Shown here one piece after another: positions 13,906-26,699 of a stretch of DNA of 64,000 nucleotides. A model generated the notes under the pieces. It made no database searches and had not been told where the DNA came from. It saw nothing but the letters and a program-made list of their open reading frames with translations. The stretch lies in assembly GCF_006345805.1 (NCBI RefSeq), contig NC_043006.1, positions 96,844,001 to 96,908,000 of the forward strand. Direction: 5' to 3'. Each line of letters starts with the position of its first letter. The stretch's first letter is position 1. Made by a program: the position numbers and the translations under genes. Source of the stretch: Octopus sinensis. Taxonomy: Eukaryota.

Positions 13906-14494
13906 AGTCATCTCGAAAACGTTGCTCCGCTTTTATTCTTCTGATTCATTTGTTTCTCTGTGGCTCTGGTGTCTGGATGTCTAGTCCCGTCCATTGTGTC
14001 CCTTCCAAACCCTACATTCCCTTAGCTATCCGAAGACAAAAGAGGTCTGTAGCTTCTTAATCTCGCGCCAGCCGTTCCGTTTAAATCCCGGTTTATAATT
14101 TCAAACCACGATATTTCCACGAGACGTCATGTGTTCTCATCATGTCGCTGCCGAGCGCATTGTCTAAATATATTTGTACTTATCTGATGCCTTTGTGCGA
14201 CGTCTGTAAATTGTGCTCCTGTTGCATGTGTGAATTCTAGTGTGTATACGTGTGCGTGAATGGTGGGCAGATACATACATACGTATACATTTATATATGT
14301 GTGTGTGTATGTGCGTGTGTGTATGTGCGTGTGTATGTGTGTGTGTGTGATCTTTCTGTTTGTGTATGCAGGCGTCAATGTACCGTGTGTTTGCAAGTGT
14401 GATTCCGTGTGGTGCTTCGATGTGTAGCTGGCAGCTGACTGCAGAACACTGTAACAGTTTGTCAACAATAATGGAGCCACAGCATTTGTTACAG

Positions 14495-15495
14495 TAGCAG
14501 TAGTAATGGTGGTGGTGGTGGTGATGGTGGTGGTGGTGGTGGTGATGGTGGTGGTGGTGGTGGTGGTGGTGGTGGTGTTGGTGGTGGTGGTGGTGGTGGT
14601 GGTGGTAGATATAGTAGCTGTTGTTGTGGAAGTAGCCACAGTCATAGTTGTGGTTGTGGTACTCACAGTAGTCGTAGGAGCAGTAGCGGTGGTAGTTGTG
14701 GTGATGGTGATGGTGATGGTGATGATGGTGGTGGTGATGGTAGTGGTGGTGGTGGTGATGGTGGTGGTGGTGGTGGTGGTAGATATAGTAGCTGTTGTTG
14801 TGGAAGTAGCCACAGTCATAGTTGTGGTTGTGGTACTCACAGTAGTCGTAGGAGCAGTAGCGGTGGTAGTTGTGGTGATGGTGGTGGTGGTGGTGGTGAA
14901 GGTAGTGGTGGTGGTGGTGGTGGTGGTGATGGTAGTGGTGGTGGTAAATATAGTAGCTGTTGTTGTGGAAGTAGCCACAGTCATAGTTATGGTTGTGGTA
15001 CTCACAGTAGTCGTAGGAGCAGTAGCGGTGGTAGTTGTGGTGATGGTGGTGATGGTGCTGGTGATGGTGATGATGGTGGTGGTGTGGTGGTGATGGTAGT
15101 GGTGGTGGTGGTGGTGGTGGTAGGTATATTTGCTGTTGTTGTGGAAGTAGCCACAGTCATAGTTATGGTTGTGGTACTCACAGTAGTCGTAGGAGCAGTA
15201 GCGGTGGTAGTTGTGGTGATGGTGGTGATGGTGATGGTGATGGTGATGATGGTGGTGGTGGTGGTGGTGATGGTAGTGGTGGTGGTGGTGGTGGGTGGTG
15301 GTGGTGGTAGTGGTGGTGGTGGTGGTAGATATAGTAGCTGTTGTGATGGAAGTAGCCACAGTCATAGTTGTGGTTGTGGTACTCACAGTAGTCGTAGTAG
15401 CAGTAGCGGTGGTAGTGGTGGTGATGGTGGTGGCGGCGGCGTTGGTGTGTTGGTATTAGTAGTATAGTAGTAGTAGTAGTAGTAGTAGTAGTAAA
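14495..15495. repeat. (GGT)n-rich minisatellite with five ~100-bp complex units
   Basis: Unit gatatagtagctgttgttgtggaagtagccacagtcatagtt...gtaggagcagtagcggtggtagt recurs near 14605, 14780, 14945, 15122 and 15327, separated by (GGT)n. Confidence 0.93.
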
Positions 15496-15871
15496 TTGAT
15501 GCAGTTGCTGTCACTGTTCGTTGTCTTTCTCACCATTATTGAACCAGTTGCTAGGTAGGCTCCTGTGTAGCCCTAGGTCAACCGTTGATCCCTAGAGACC
15601 TATGATCGAAATCCTTCCAAACGCGACCAACCATTTTTATCTCTTGCCAGCCATTTTGTTCCAAGACGTATTTTATAATTTCTTACCGCCAGATCTATAT
15701 TTCCTTCAAATTTAACGCACGTTCCTCTTATTCAAAGACGATATGCTGTGGTCAGAGAGATATTTGGCTGGTATTTCTAGCAGGTCTAGTTATCACTTGG
15801 TTGTTCCCATAAATGGTATTGTTTCTATCTAAAAAGAGTAATCCCGCTGATGTGGTCGATACCTAGTTCAA

Positions 15872-16234
15872 TTATCACCTCCACCTTATCGATGGTGGAA
15901 GTATTGTTTTCAGTCGTGTTTGTCTGTTTGTCTGTCCGTGGACAAGATATCCCAAGAACGGCTGGATGGATCCGGTTGAAACGTTTACAGATTTTTGGCC
16001 TCGTGACTGGCAAGAACTCATTAGATTCCGGTACCGGACAAGGATTCATGATTATTTTTCCTGCTTTTTTTACTTAATTTTTGAGAGAGGGTGGGTTCAT
16101 TGTTAGTATTCCCGTTTGTAAGAGCAGCCAAGTTTATTTCGGATATTCTCATTTCAAAAATCATCTCTGGGTAATCGTTGAGAGGACGTTGATGTTTCCT
16201 TGGCGAAGGTTTGCGCTCTTGTTGATACCATTTT
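15872..16234 (+). mobile_element. Non-autonomous Helentron-type (HINE/DINE-like) element
   Basis: Left ttatcacctccacc with hairpin cctccacc/ggtggaag, then (TTTG/TCTG) microsatellite; right subterminal inverted repeat ccttggcgaaggt at 16198-16210 followed by T-rich end. Confidence 0.65.
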
Positions 16235-16419
16235 GTTCATTGTTTGTATTTTTATTGTTGTTGTTGTTGCTGCTGCTGTTGTTTTAGGTGCTTTGATTAT
16301 TATAGTTGGCAATGTTCTTCATTTTTATATTCTTCATTACAGTCTGTTCTCGTAACTAAGGTCATCATATACAATCTTACACATGCACTCGCACCTACAT
16401 ATTTCCTATATGTATGTAT

Positions 16420-16566
<147 letters not shown>

Positions 16567-16856
16567 ATTGCTATATTTCGGAATGGTCATATTGCCAGTT
16601 TAGCCAATAAAAACACACGCACTATATATTTGGTGTTATTTTGCTTCAGTGTTATTTATTTTTTACATTAATCTTAATCTTATTTCGGCCAGAGTTCTTT
16701 CGTCACACTCCTGTGACCGCATCAGTGGTCCTTTGTTTTCTTCTTTCTTATTTGTGTCTCTCCTTACTATATAATATGCCCCAGCGTGGCTGTAGTCTAA
16801 TGACTGAAACAAGTAAGCGATAAAAGATATATGTCGATATATATATACAATAAATA

Positions 16857-18032
16857 CATAAACATAACAGAAGTAAATAGACACACCATGTTTATTCTAA
16901 ATTGTAAAGGTTATATTTATATTAATTGACATGTTTTTGTTTCAAGTTCTATATGTGACTGTTTAATCGTGCCATGTACAAAGAAGCCTTGGAACTGTCT
17001 GAATTTCAAAGAGGCCGTATTGTGGGTCAATCTGAAGGTAACATAGTCAGCGTAAAATCGCAGAAAACCTAGGTATCTCGCTTTTTTACCAGAACTCGCC
17101 AAGTTCAACAAGGGCTCTCTGTAAAGATCCTTCACTTTGCTAAGAGAAGTGTAGAGGAAAATCCTCGTTGCAAGGTCTCTAGCATAGCAGAACAAGTTGA
17201 TGTCAGTCCCAGAACAGTTATCAGGTATCTCCACAAACGTGGTTACTCTGGCAGAACAGCAGGAAGGAAGCCACTTCTTCGACCTGCCAACATCAAACGG
17301 AGAAAAGATTGGGCCAGTGAAGATAGTGGAAAGACCAATAGTATCTTGGGTCACTGTTATAATCTCTGATAAGTCCATATTTGCTGTATTTCCTGACAGA
17401 GGTCGCGTGTGGGTGTGGAGAATTTGATATGAAAATATTGCAGCCAACAATGAAACACCGCAGCTATTCTATGATGATCTGGGGAGCAATTTGGAGCAAT
17501 GGTTGATCAGAGCTGGTGGAGTATTAGGGAAACATAAAGTCAGATAAATATGTGTCCATATTGCAGAAAGGACTCCTTCAATCTTCTCCAGTGTTGAAAT
17601 GATTAAAGAAGACTCTTTATATATGGAGGATGAGGCTCCTTGTCACACGGCTAAAATGACCCAAGATTTGTTGGATGAGAATGGTATTAAAAAGCTTCGA
17701 TGGCCGAGCCAGTCACCAGATATGAACCTTATTGAACGTCTCCGGAACATAATGGACAGGACACTTCATAAAAAGAACAACAAAGCATTCTCAAAGCCAG
17801 ATCTTTTGAGATTACAGCATGAAACTTGGCAAGAAATTCCGCAAGAGAATATTCGTCATCTGATCAGTAACATACGTAATAGGGTATTTGCATTGAAATA
17901 GGCAAAGGGTACGTCTACTAAATATCAAATACTTACATTATAGCAATTAATAAATAATTTGAATGTATAATTTCAGATCTAACTTAATTTTAATGATTAT
18001 AAAGGTGTCTGTTTACTTCTGTTACATCTATG
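16857..18032 (+). mobile_element. Tc1-like DNA transposon, degenerate
   Basis: ~28-bp TIRs (cataaacataacagaagtaaatagacac / gtgtctgtttacttctgttacatctatg) with TA at 16855-56 and 18033-34; broken transposase inside. Confidence 0.88.
16974..17901 (+). pseudogene. Tc1 (DD34E) transposase pseudogene
   Basis: LSEFQRGRIVG, IISDKS, EDEAPCH, WPSQSPDMNLIE motifs across frameshifted segments. Confidence 0.88.
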
Positions 18033-18231
18033 TACATACGTACATATACATATCTGTACATCTATTTATCTACTTATCTATCTATTTATTTATTTGTCTA
18101 TCTAAACATATATATATATATATAGAGAGAGAGAGAAAGTGATAGAAGCGTACATATATGTTGTATACGTGTTTCACCCTAGTGTCCTTCAATTAATTTT
18201 TATGTGCAAATGTTTCTAATTCCTTTTATCT

Positions 18232-18271
<40 letters not shown>

Positions 18272-20068
18272 ATCCGCACGCGTTTTCTATTTTCTTTTTG
18301 AAGAAAGACGAACACTCGAAACGTCAGGCCAATATACAAATGAAAGTCACCTTCATTTAGGCTTCATGTAATCCTGTTTAGCAAAATATATCGGACGACA
18401 GACACTTCTTACACAAATATGTAGTCAGTATGTTTTGTGCTTGAGTGTGGTGCACTGGTGATATCTGAATCGGATTTACATAAAACAGGATTTATATTCT
18501 TATATGCAAACCAGCTTTGTTACCTATGTTAGCAAATATATCATATGGATGTGTAGATATTATCCCGACACTAACTCTTTTCATTTAAGCATCGTGTTTA
18601 TCGCGTGCAGTTTGGTAAATATGGAAGTAGATTAAAATTTAGTTTAGTTCTTCCAGTGCTCACTAAATCTTTCATATATACTCCTAGTTATCCCGCCTAT
18701 ATACATTTTAGAAAGGTTTGATCAGGATCGACCTTGGATTACATATCATACTTTGCAGCTGATATGTTAGCTTGTGGCAGACATCTTGAAATCTTTTTAT
18801 AGGTCTCAAAAATATAGGACGCCTAGTTGATCAATCTGATGCTTCTTATTTTTTTAGATTCTACGATCGTAAATCTGAAACGAATTTCTTAAAGGATTTA
18901 TCAAAACGCACAAGCTAACTAATTCAGTATTTTGGTGTGGCATCTACAGACATAACACAATCAAATTAATTTATATTGTACTGCGTACTGACGTACTTTT
19001 TTTGTTTTTTTTTGCGGGGGGGGGGGGGTTGTTTTTTTGCCTCGTTTTGTTTTCCTGCTATGTCAAAATAAATAAGTGTTGTCGTTGGATGTGTGAACCT
19101 TTTGGGAAATTTACGTATTTCCAAGCCGGTGCTCAGTGAAAGCATGCTTGATAGCCGTTATCCATTTGCTCTGCCAATGTAGTACTGCATCTATCGTTTA
19201 TACGAGAGATTTGTGTATTTAGGTAACCTTGGCTCTGTTTAGGAGGTTCTGTGTGAAATTTACAGATTGACGCATGCATGTAGGTTTTCTCTGGAAAGTT
19301 AGTATTAATGAATCCTTTGACACTGTATGTGTACGTGCATGTGTGTGTGTTGTGTGTGTGTGTGTATGTGTGTGTGTGCGTGCGTGTGTGTGTATGTGTG
19401 TGTGTCTGTGTGTGTGTATGTGTCTTTCTTAGAAAAATTGAGAAAGTGATAGAGGTGGGGAGAGATGAGGTGAAAGATCAATTATTGTTAAGAGATATTT
19501 TGCTTGCAAATTTTATGCGGTCGCAAATTTCGTCGAATACTCTATATAACCGTGTGACCTCACAGAGGATAAGAGCGAGCATGTTCTTCAACTACAAAAT
19601 TAATTTTAAAAAGTATATATGTTTCGAAAGTGTACTTGTTTGCAAGTAACTTGATCGGAGAATATGAACTGAAACTAAAATAAAATTCCCATCATGAAAG
19701 TTTCACTTTAACCATTTTAGGAACACAAAAAATTCTCAGGTAAACTGAGATTTTGTGTATTTCTTGAGGAGCCAGAATTTTCTCAAATCACTGCGACCTG
19801 ATCCGTGATATGGTTCAACTGCAACTCTTGACATTTATATATCAACATGCATGCATATAAATAAAAATACGTGAGCGCATGAATTTAAGCATAGAAAAAT
19901 GTAAGCTTGATCGAAATTAGTTTGTTTTCTGGAGATGTACTTGCATAGCAAGAGACCTGATCTGAGATCGTGTGCTGGAACGAAAACAATTGCAGCGTGG
20001 AAGGTGTTTATAAGCCATTTAAGTAACACACAAAATCCGTTACATTCATTTCAACACATTTAATTTAA

Positions 20069-20121
20069 TTTGTCAAAATATTTTCGTCGCTTTGAGACAC
20101 CGCGACCTGTTCACTGACAAA
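20069..20121 (-). ncRNA. Putative type I hammerhead ribozyme, G3-C8 core variant
   Basis: UUUGUCA GUGAACA G GUCGC GGUGUCUCAAA GCGAC GAA AAUAUU U UGACAAA: 7-bp stem I, 5-bp stem II, palindromic stem III. Confidence 0.62.
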
Positions 20122-20129
20122 ATTCCGTG

Positions 20130-20180
20130 TTTGTCAGTGAACAGGTCGCGGTCTCAAAGCGACGAAAATATTTTGACAAA
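20130..20180 (+). ncRNA. Putative type I hammerhead ribozyme, G3-C8 core variant
   Basis: tttgtca gtgaaca g gtcgc ggtctcaaa gcgac gaa aatatt t tgacaaa; predicted cleavage after 20173 (UUU triplet). Confidence 0.65.
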
Positions 20181-21210
20181 TTAAATTTAAATGTTGAAAT
20201 GAATGTAACGGATTTTGTGTGTTTCTTAAATGGCTTATAAACACCTTCCACGCTGCAATTGTTTGATTTCTATTAACTAAAATTCACATGACAGAGATGA
20301 CATCACACAGATGGACATATTTTATTTAAATGATTGATATTCTTCAAACGATTGATTCTCTAACTGAACATCAACAGTGAAAAGTGATAATGATATATTT
20401 GTTATAAAATTTCTAGTAAATGGACAAGTCTACAAGTCAGGGAACACTCACTTTAGTCAGATCTGCTAGGTTGCTTTTTTTCTGTTAATCTTGGAAGGAC
20501 GGATGAAATGTGAAGCCGACTGCAGCGGGATTAAAATGCAGAGTAAAAATGGACATAACTGTATATCAAAGGATAACATTCATCACTCAATCAATCCTGT
20601 ATTTCTTAATAAGTCATTATTGATAGAATAGATATAAAAGGTAAAGAAACTGAAGGATTTGGCAGGAATAGCATCGAAGAGTCCAGGTGTAGCTGCATAT
20701 ATTTATCTTCAGCTGAAAGAGAGGTGCGTACAGCCGATCCGAGTAAATTAGTCAGCCAGACTAAATACCGAGTCGCACTTAGTAGTGCAGTTAAGCATTC
20801 AAGTTTCAGATTATGACAGAATCATTTGTAGGTTTCATTCAAATTGCATCTGTAAAAGTAAAAAAGGACCAATTATATTATATGAAATTATATGTTGTGC
20901 GTAGCAAAAATAATTAATATAATTTTGGTCGAGTGTTTTGCAGTATAATACTTAAAAGTAAGAAAAGAATATAAGTAAAAAAGAAAAGAGAAGGCCAACG
21001 TGTGAGCTAATTTGAGTGTTCTGTTGAAAATCCCTCAGATTTCAGATAATTTAGTCTGTGAATGTTCCTGCAGAGAATATTCGTGTCTCATTTTCTCATA
21101 GCCCCCTCTTGTGACTATGACGTCGTGAGTCCATTAAAGAAATATAAGATTTGTTCACGTACATACATATTTGTAGACACACACTCTCTCTCTCTCTGTC
21201 TCGCTCTATT

Positions 21211-21244
<34 letters not shown>

Positions 21245-21427
21245 TCTTTCTCTCTCCCTTTCTCTGTCAGTCTGACTCTCCTTTCTCTCTCTTTCTCTCT
21301 CTCCCTCTCTAACATATTTGAACAGCAAGTTATTACAGCTTGCACGTCTAATGATTAGTTTCTCTAACAATTTATTTTACATGTTTGTACATGTGTATGT
21401 GTGTGAGTGAGTGTATGTGTGCGTTTA

Positions 21428-21458
<31 letters not shown>

Positions 21459-21614
21459 ATTAAAGCTGCACATGTAGTAAATTCATATGCATTCAAGCAA
21501 TACTTATTGATGTGTCTCGCCAGGCTGATTCACATTTGTCGACACGCACCAGAAGATTGACTATGAGGCAAACTAGAAATATCATTGTTGTGTGCCGGAC
21601 TACTAAATTACCGT

Positions 21615-21645
<31 letters not shown>

Positions 21646-21688
21646 CATAATCAATCACACACAAACACAATCAATCACACACACACTT

Positions 21689-22599
21689 TATGGTATCAGA
21701 AAGTTTCCGGACTAGCGCTATAACGCACCAACAGATGGCAGCACAAGGTTGCATGCGCAATAAGAGCTAGCAGTAGTGATCTTCATGAAGCAGTGTGCCG
21801 AGTGTCATCACTATGCTTACTTCGCAAGTTGTGAACGATGTGCTTTTGTGATCACGTGTATGCTGTAGTCTGTGTTTTTTCTCAGGATGCTGGAACAAAG
21901 TGCCAACGTGAAATTTTGCGTTAAACTTTGGAAGTCTGCTACAATAGTATTGAGAATGCTTCGGCAAGCTTACAGTGACCAGACAATAAGTCGTACACAA
22001 TGTTTCGAATGGCAGACTCTTCAAAAGCGGAAGAATGTCCCTGGAGGACAATGAGTGATCTAGAAGACCTACCACGATCGTCACCCTCGGAAATGTGGAG
22101 AAATCTCATCAGCTTGTGTATGAGGATCGTCGGGGTCGACCAATGCCATTTTGAAGCTTTTTGGGGAGGACATTTATCAAATGACCTGATCTGTGGAGCA
22201 CAAGAATTGGATTCTTCACAACAGTGCACCATGTCACCGATCTCTCCTCGTTTGCGAGTTTCTCGGCAGAAGCAACGTGGTATCGCTTCTTCATCTGCTC
22301 TTTTCGCCAGATTTAACACTTAGAGACTTCGATCTCTTCTACAAGATGAAAATGCACCTCAAAGGTTACCGTTTTAACAACTTTGTCGAGATCCAAAGCG
22401 AATCGCAGAAGCTTCTTGACTCGCTTACGGAAAACGACTTCCAGACCAGGCTCCAAAAGTGGCAGGAACACCGGAACCGGTGTATTGTTGAACAAAGTGA
22501 CTATTTCGAAGGAGATGATGTTAAATCTTAGGTAAATATGCTTTTTTATCTTTTTTATTAAACATATTTAGTCCGGGAACATTTTGATACCACCTCGTA
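21689..22599 (+). mobile_element. Mariner-like transposon, internally deleted
   Basis: TIR tggtatcagaaagtttccggacta / tagtccgggaacattttgataccacctcgta; N-terminal ANVKFCVKLWKSAT...QAY...CFEW and C-terminal WILHNSAPCH...FSPDLTLRDFDLF...YFEGD; catalytic middle missing. Confidence 0.9.
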
Positions 22600-22802
22600 T
22601 ACAGGAAAATAACCCAATCAAAACATGTCGTCATGAATGGTTGCTAATCCGCAAAACTTGTGGAATTGGTCGTCCATATTTATGAATTGGTAGGTCCTAG
22701 GTTTTCAGATAAATAGAAGCAGGCTAAAAGTCGATTTCTACGATCACAAGTGCATAATGAAGTGAAATCACTGTCAGCTTTAATATCTGAATCCTGTCAG
22801 AA

Positions 22803-23116
22803 TCGTGGCTTAGTGGTTAGGGCATTCGGCTCACGATTGTAAGGTCGTGAGTTCAATTCCGGGGCGACGCATTGTGTCCTTGAACAAGACACTTTATTTC
22901 ACGTTGCTCCAGTCCGCTCAGCTGGCAAACATGAGTTGTACCTGTATTTCAAAGGGCCGGCCTTGGCACAATCTGTGTCACGCTGAATCTCTCTGAGAAT
23001 TACGTTAGGGGTACACGTGTCTGTAGAGTGCTCAGCCACTTGTACGCTAATTTCACGAGCAAGCTGTTCCGTTGATCGTATCAGCTGGGACCCTCGTCGT
23101 CTTGACCGACGGAGTT
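22803..23116 (+). mobile_element. tRNA-derived CORE-like SINE (family C)
   Basis: A box tggcttagtggt, B box gagttcaattcc, CORE-like tgtgtccttgaacaagacacttt..ttgctccagtcc. Confidence 0.8.
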
Positions 23117-23735
23117 CTCATCATTACGTACTACGTACTATCTCCCTTAACCCAATGTGTATACTCATACTATATTTTTCAAACATATTCGCAGAGTTAC
23201 TCACATCATCCTGTTGAGAATCATGGGTGTTATAGATGTTCTATATATCAATTTGGAATGGTACCATTCTCTGAGTCGACGCGTTGATTATACCTAGTGG
23301 TATTACAAAATGTCCAGTAGCTTAGCTGATGCACTAAGAAAATAATGCAAGTGAATCAATTCGATGCGTCATTTATAATAATTTAATTATGGTATACCCT
23401 AATTAAAATAATTAAATTATAATAAATTACTTGAGATACTCTTCCTGCCTTCTTTTTTTGTCCTTTTCCTCTAATATATACCTGTTAACACGGAAGCCTA
23501 ATACGGATCCCTACATCCAGCCTCAGCTGTGAACTTGGAACCTAACGGGTAAACAGTTATAGCACTTAGCGTACCTGTTCGTTAAGATTATATATATAGA
23601 CATTGATTGTGTTATGTCTGGAGATGCCACACAAAAATACTGAATTAGTTAGCTTGTGCATTTTGATAAATCCTCTAGGAAATTCGTTTCAGATTTACGA
23701 CCTTATATGATTTGATATGAGGTGCCGAATTTTAG

Positions 23736-24022
23736 AATTCTATAAATAATAATAATATTTTTATAAGCTTAAAGCTTATAAGCGATCACCGTGTATTGAC
23801 TACAGAAAAGTGTCTAATATTGGAGCATATAAGCCCTCGATATAATAAAGTAAGTTTTCCGTACGCAACGCGAAGGAGTAGAAGGGTACGTTGGTATAGA
23901 TGGTAGTGCACTTGTCGCGAAAACATAGAGGTGTGGGTTCGTGCCCAACGTGTACGGAAAACCCACTTTTTACCGCCGATAAGCTTTAAATTTAGGAAAA
24001 TATTATTATTATTTACAGAATT
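23736..24022. mobile_element. MITE-like element with ~45-bp TIRs enclosing a tRNA-like sequence
   Basis: aattctataaataataataatatttt...aaagcttat / ataagcttt...aaaatattattattatttacagaatt; internal 23885-23955 has A-box (tggtatagatgg) and B-box-like (ggttcgtgccc), flanked by gttttccgtac/gtacggaaaac. Confidence 0.65.
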
Positions 24023-24320
24023 GTATTAATATATAAATATGTATAGTTATATAGGGAAAAGAGCGAGCGTAATAGAAAAGGGACCAAATACATCGCGAAA
24101 AACTAATTACAGACATTTCTGTGCATCATTGGTTAAAGAGATTATTCGAAATATGTATTCCAGGTAAATCAACTGGTTAATTCATCAGTCTTTAGACAGT
24201 TAAAACGGTAGTTTTAACTCAAATCTCTGCAAATCTCTGTGTGTATCTAAAATATAATTTGAACATATTACTTTGTATATTACGCATACACGCGCGCACG
24301 CAAACGCATTTATATCTACA

Positions 24321-24713
24321 CTAGCAGTATCGCCCGGCGTTGCTCGGGTTTGTAAGGGAAATAACTATATAAGCATTTTTAGAGATGTAAAGTATAATAG
24401 CCATCTCAATATGGCTAACCACAAATGGGGGGGGGTGTTACTGTAGCTTTTTACGTTTTGCGATTTAATAATACATTTTTAGAGAGTTACTTCCCTTATA
24501 TATGCCAAAATGAATTAAAATGGGAAAAATTGATGGTAAATTATTTTTAAATCGTAGACTCATCGTAGACGCGCACTAATACCCGAAGAGCTCGATATGA
24601 ATCACGACTATAAGATACCCGTTTTGGTAAACTGCACCGCAAAATGTGGGAGTAGTTAGGAATCTAAAACGTAGGAGACAGACAGCACACAACCTCACTT
24701 TTATATATAAAGA
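24321..24713 (-). mobile_element. Non-autonomous Helitron (393 bp)
   Basis: On minus strand: A|TC start at 24713, hairpin cccgagcaacgccggg, CTAG|T end at 24321. Confidence 0.82.
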
Positions 24714-24959
24714 TATATTTTGAACGTTTAACTAACGAACGTCTTGCGTAATGGATGCATTTTCTAAAATATACGACGCCGGCGATGGTATTATTAGCCT
24801 TCTACATTCTGTATAACTTTTTTTTTTATCTCATTTCGCATTACTATTGCCTAAGACCCGTCTGTTATCTCACCATTTTCTATGAAACCCCAATTAAAGA
24901 GTGTAGATAGCTTATAGCTCTGGTTCAGTTCTGTATTAGAAATATTCCGATTTAGAGGT

Positions 24960-25312
24960 GACTAAAGTCTTGAGAATGGATTTGGTCGATGGAAACTGAA
25001 ATAAGCCTGTCGTATATATGTGTGCGTGTGGGTGTGTATGTGAGTGCGTGAGTGTGTGTGTGTGTGTATGCGCGTGTCTGTGTGTGTGAGAGAGTGTGTG
25101 TGTGTGTCTTTGTGCTTGTGTTTTCCCCTGCCGCTGGTTAACAACCAGTATGGTGTGTTTAAGTGGCCGTAACTTAACGGTTCAACAACAGAAATCTACA
25201 GAATAAATACAAGGCCTTTGAAAAGATGTACTGAGATCTATGCGTTCGACTAAAGTTCTTCAAGGTGTTGCCCTAGCATGGCCACATTCTAATGACTGAA
25301 ACAAGTAAAAGA
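24960..25312 (+). mobile_element. SINE family B, 5-prime-truncated and diverged
   Basis: ggatttggtcgatggaaactgaaataagcctgtcgtata...atgactgaaacaagtaaaagat homologous to 11542-11968. Confidence 0.75.
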
Positions 25313-25412
25313 TAATATATACATATATATATACACACACACACATATATATATATATACATACGCACATATATATGCATATATATGTATACATATATAT
25401 GTATGTACGTAT

Positions 25413-25443
<31 letters not shown>

Positions 25444-25622
25444 TATATATATACAAATCGTGACGTATTTTTGCCATTTCAATATGGCTAACCCCTAAGG
25501 GTGGATGCTACTGTAGTTTTTAGCCCCAGGAGGACACACTCCTCAGCTGGCCATAGACACACTATCTGTGTCCTGTCAGTATTTGCAAAGGGAAGTCATC
25601 CTTCCGTCTTCAACTTATGAAA

Positions 25623-25668
25623 CACACGGACTCGAGTTTCGAGGTATTGACCTCGTCGTCAGCGTGTG
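25623..25668 (-). ncRNA. Type I hammerhead ribozyme (1-nt insertion after core)
   Basis: CACACG CUGACGA C GAGG UCAAUA CCUC GAAAC UCGA GUC CGUGUG. Confidence 0.75.
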
Positions 25669-25973
25669 ACATCATAGTTGTCGCCGAGAAATAGATTTCC
25701 TTCACAAATACTTATACTTTCCAGCGTCCCCTGTCGCTGATATTGAAAAAGTGAAATCAAACAATGATAAATATCAAAGTGAGTTATATACAGTAGCGGT
25801 AACACATCGTGATGTATTTTTGCCATTTCAATATGGCTAACCCCTAAGGGTGGATGCTACTGTAGTTTTTAGCCCCAGGAGGACACACTCCTCCAGCTGG
25901 CCATAGACACACTATCTGTGTCCTGTCAGTATTTGCAAAGGGAAGTCATCCTTCCTGTCTTCAACTTATGATA

Positions 25974-26018
25974 CACACGGACTCGAGTTTCGAGGTATTG
26001 ACCTCTCGTCAGCGTGTG
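25974..26018 (-). ncRNA. Type I hammerhead ribozyme, canonical core
   Basis: CACACG CUGACGA GAGG UCAAUA CCUC GAAAC UCGA GUC CGUGUG; all stems Watson-Crick. Confidence 0.92.
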
Positions 26019-26323
26019 ACAATCATAGTTGTCGCCGAGAATTAGATTTTCTTCGCAAATACTTATACTTTTTCCAGCGTCCACTGTCGCTGATATTGTA
26101 AAAGTGAAATCAAACAATGATAAATATCAAAGTGAGTTATATACAGTAGCGGTAACACATCGTGACGTAATTTTGCCATTTCAATATGGCTAACCCCTAA
26201 GGGTGGATGCTACTGTAGTTTTTAGCCCCAGGAGACACACTCCTCCAGCTGGCCATAGACACACTACTGTGTCCTGTCAGTATTTGCAAAGGAAGTCATC
26301 CTTCCCGTCTTCAACTTATGATA

Positions 26324-26368
26324 CACACGGACTCGAGTTTCGAGGTATTGACCTCTCGTCAGCGTGTG
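26324..26368 (-). ncRNA. Type I hammerhead ribozyme, canonical core
   Basis: Identical 45-nt motif to 25974-26018. Confidence 0.92.
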
Positions 26369-26654
26369 ACAATCATAGTTGTCACCGAGAATTAGATTTC
26401 CTTCACAAATACTTATACTTTTTCCAGCGTCCACTGTCGCTGATATTGAAAAAGTGAAATCAAACAATGATAAATATGGTTAGCCATATTGAAATGGCAA
26501 AAATACGTCACGATGTGTTACCGCTACTGTATATAACTCACTTTGATATTTATCATTGTTTGATTTCACTTTTTCAATATCAGCGACTGTGGACGCTGGA
26601 AAAAGTATAAGTATTTGTGAAGGAAATCTAATTCTCGGCGACAACTATGATTGT

Positions 26655-26699
26655 CACACGCTGACGAGAGGTCAATACCTCGAAACTCGAGTCCGTGTG
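26655..26699 (+). ncRNA. Type I hammerhead ribozyme, canonical core (inverted copy)
   Basis: cacacg ctgacga gagg tcaata cctc gaaac tcga gtc cgtgtg; predicted cleavage after 26693. Confidence 0.92.

Larger units (their letters stand above)
19984..20264. repeat. Near-perfect 281-bp palindrome (fold-back) with a hammerhead-like motif in each arm
   Basis: Arms 19984-20121 and 20130-20264 are reverse complements around an 8-nt spacer. Confidence 0.95.
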
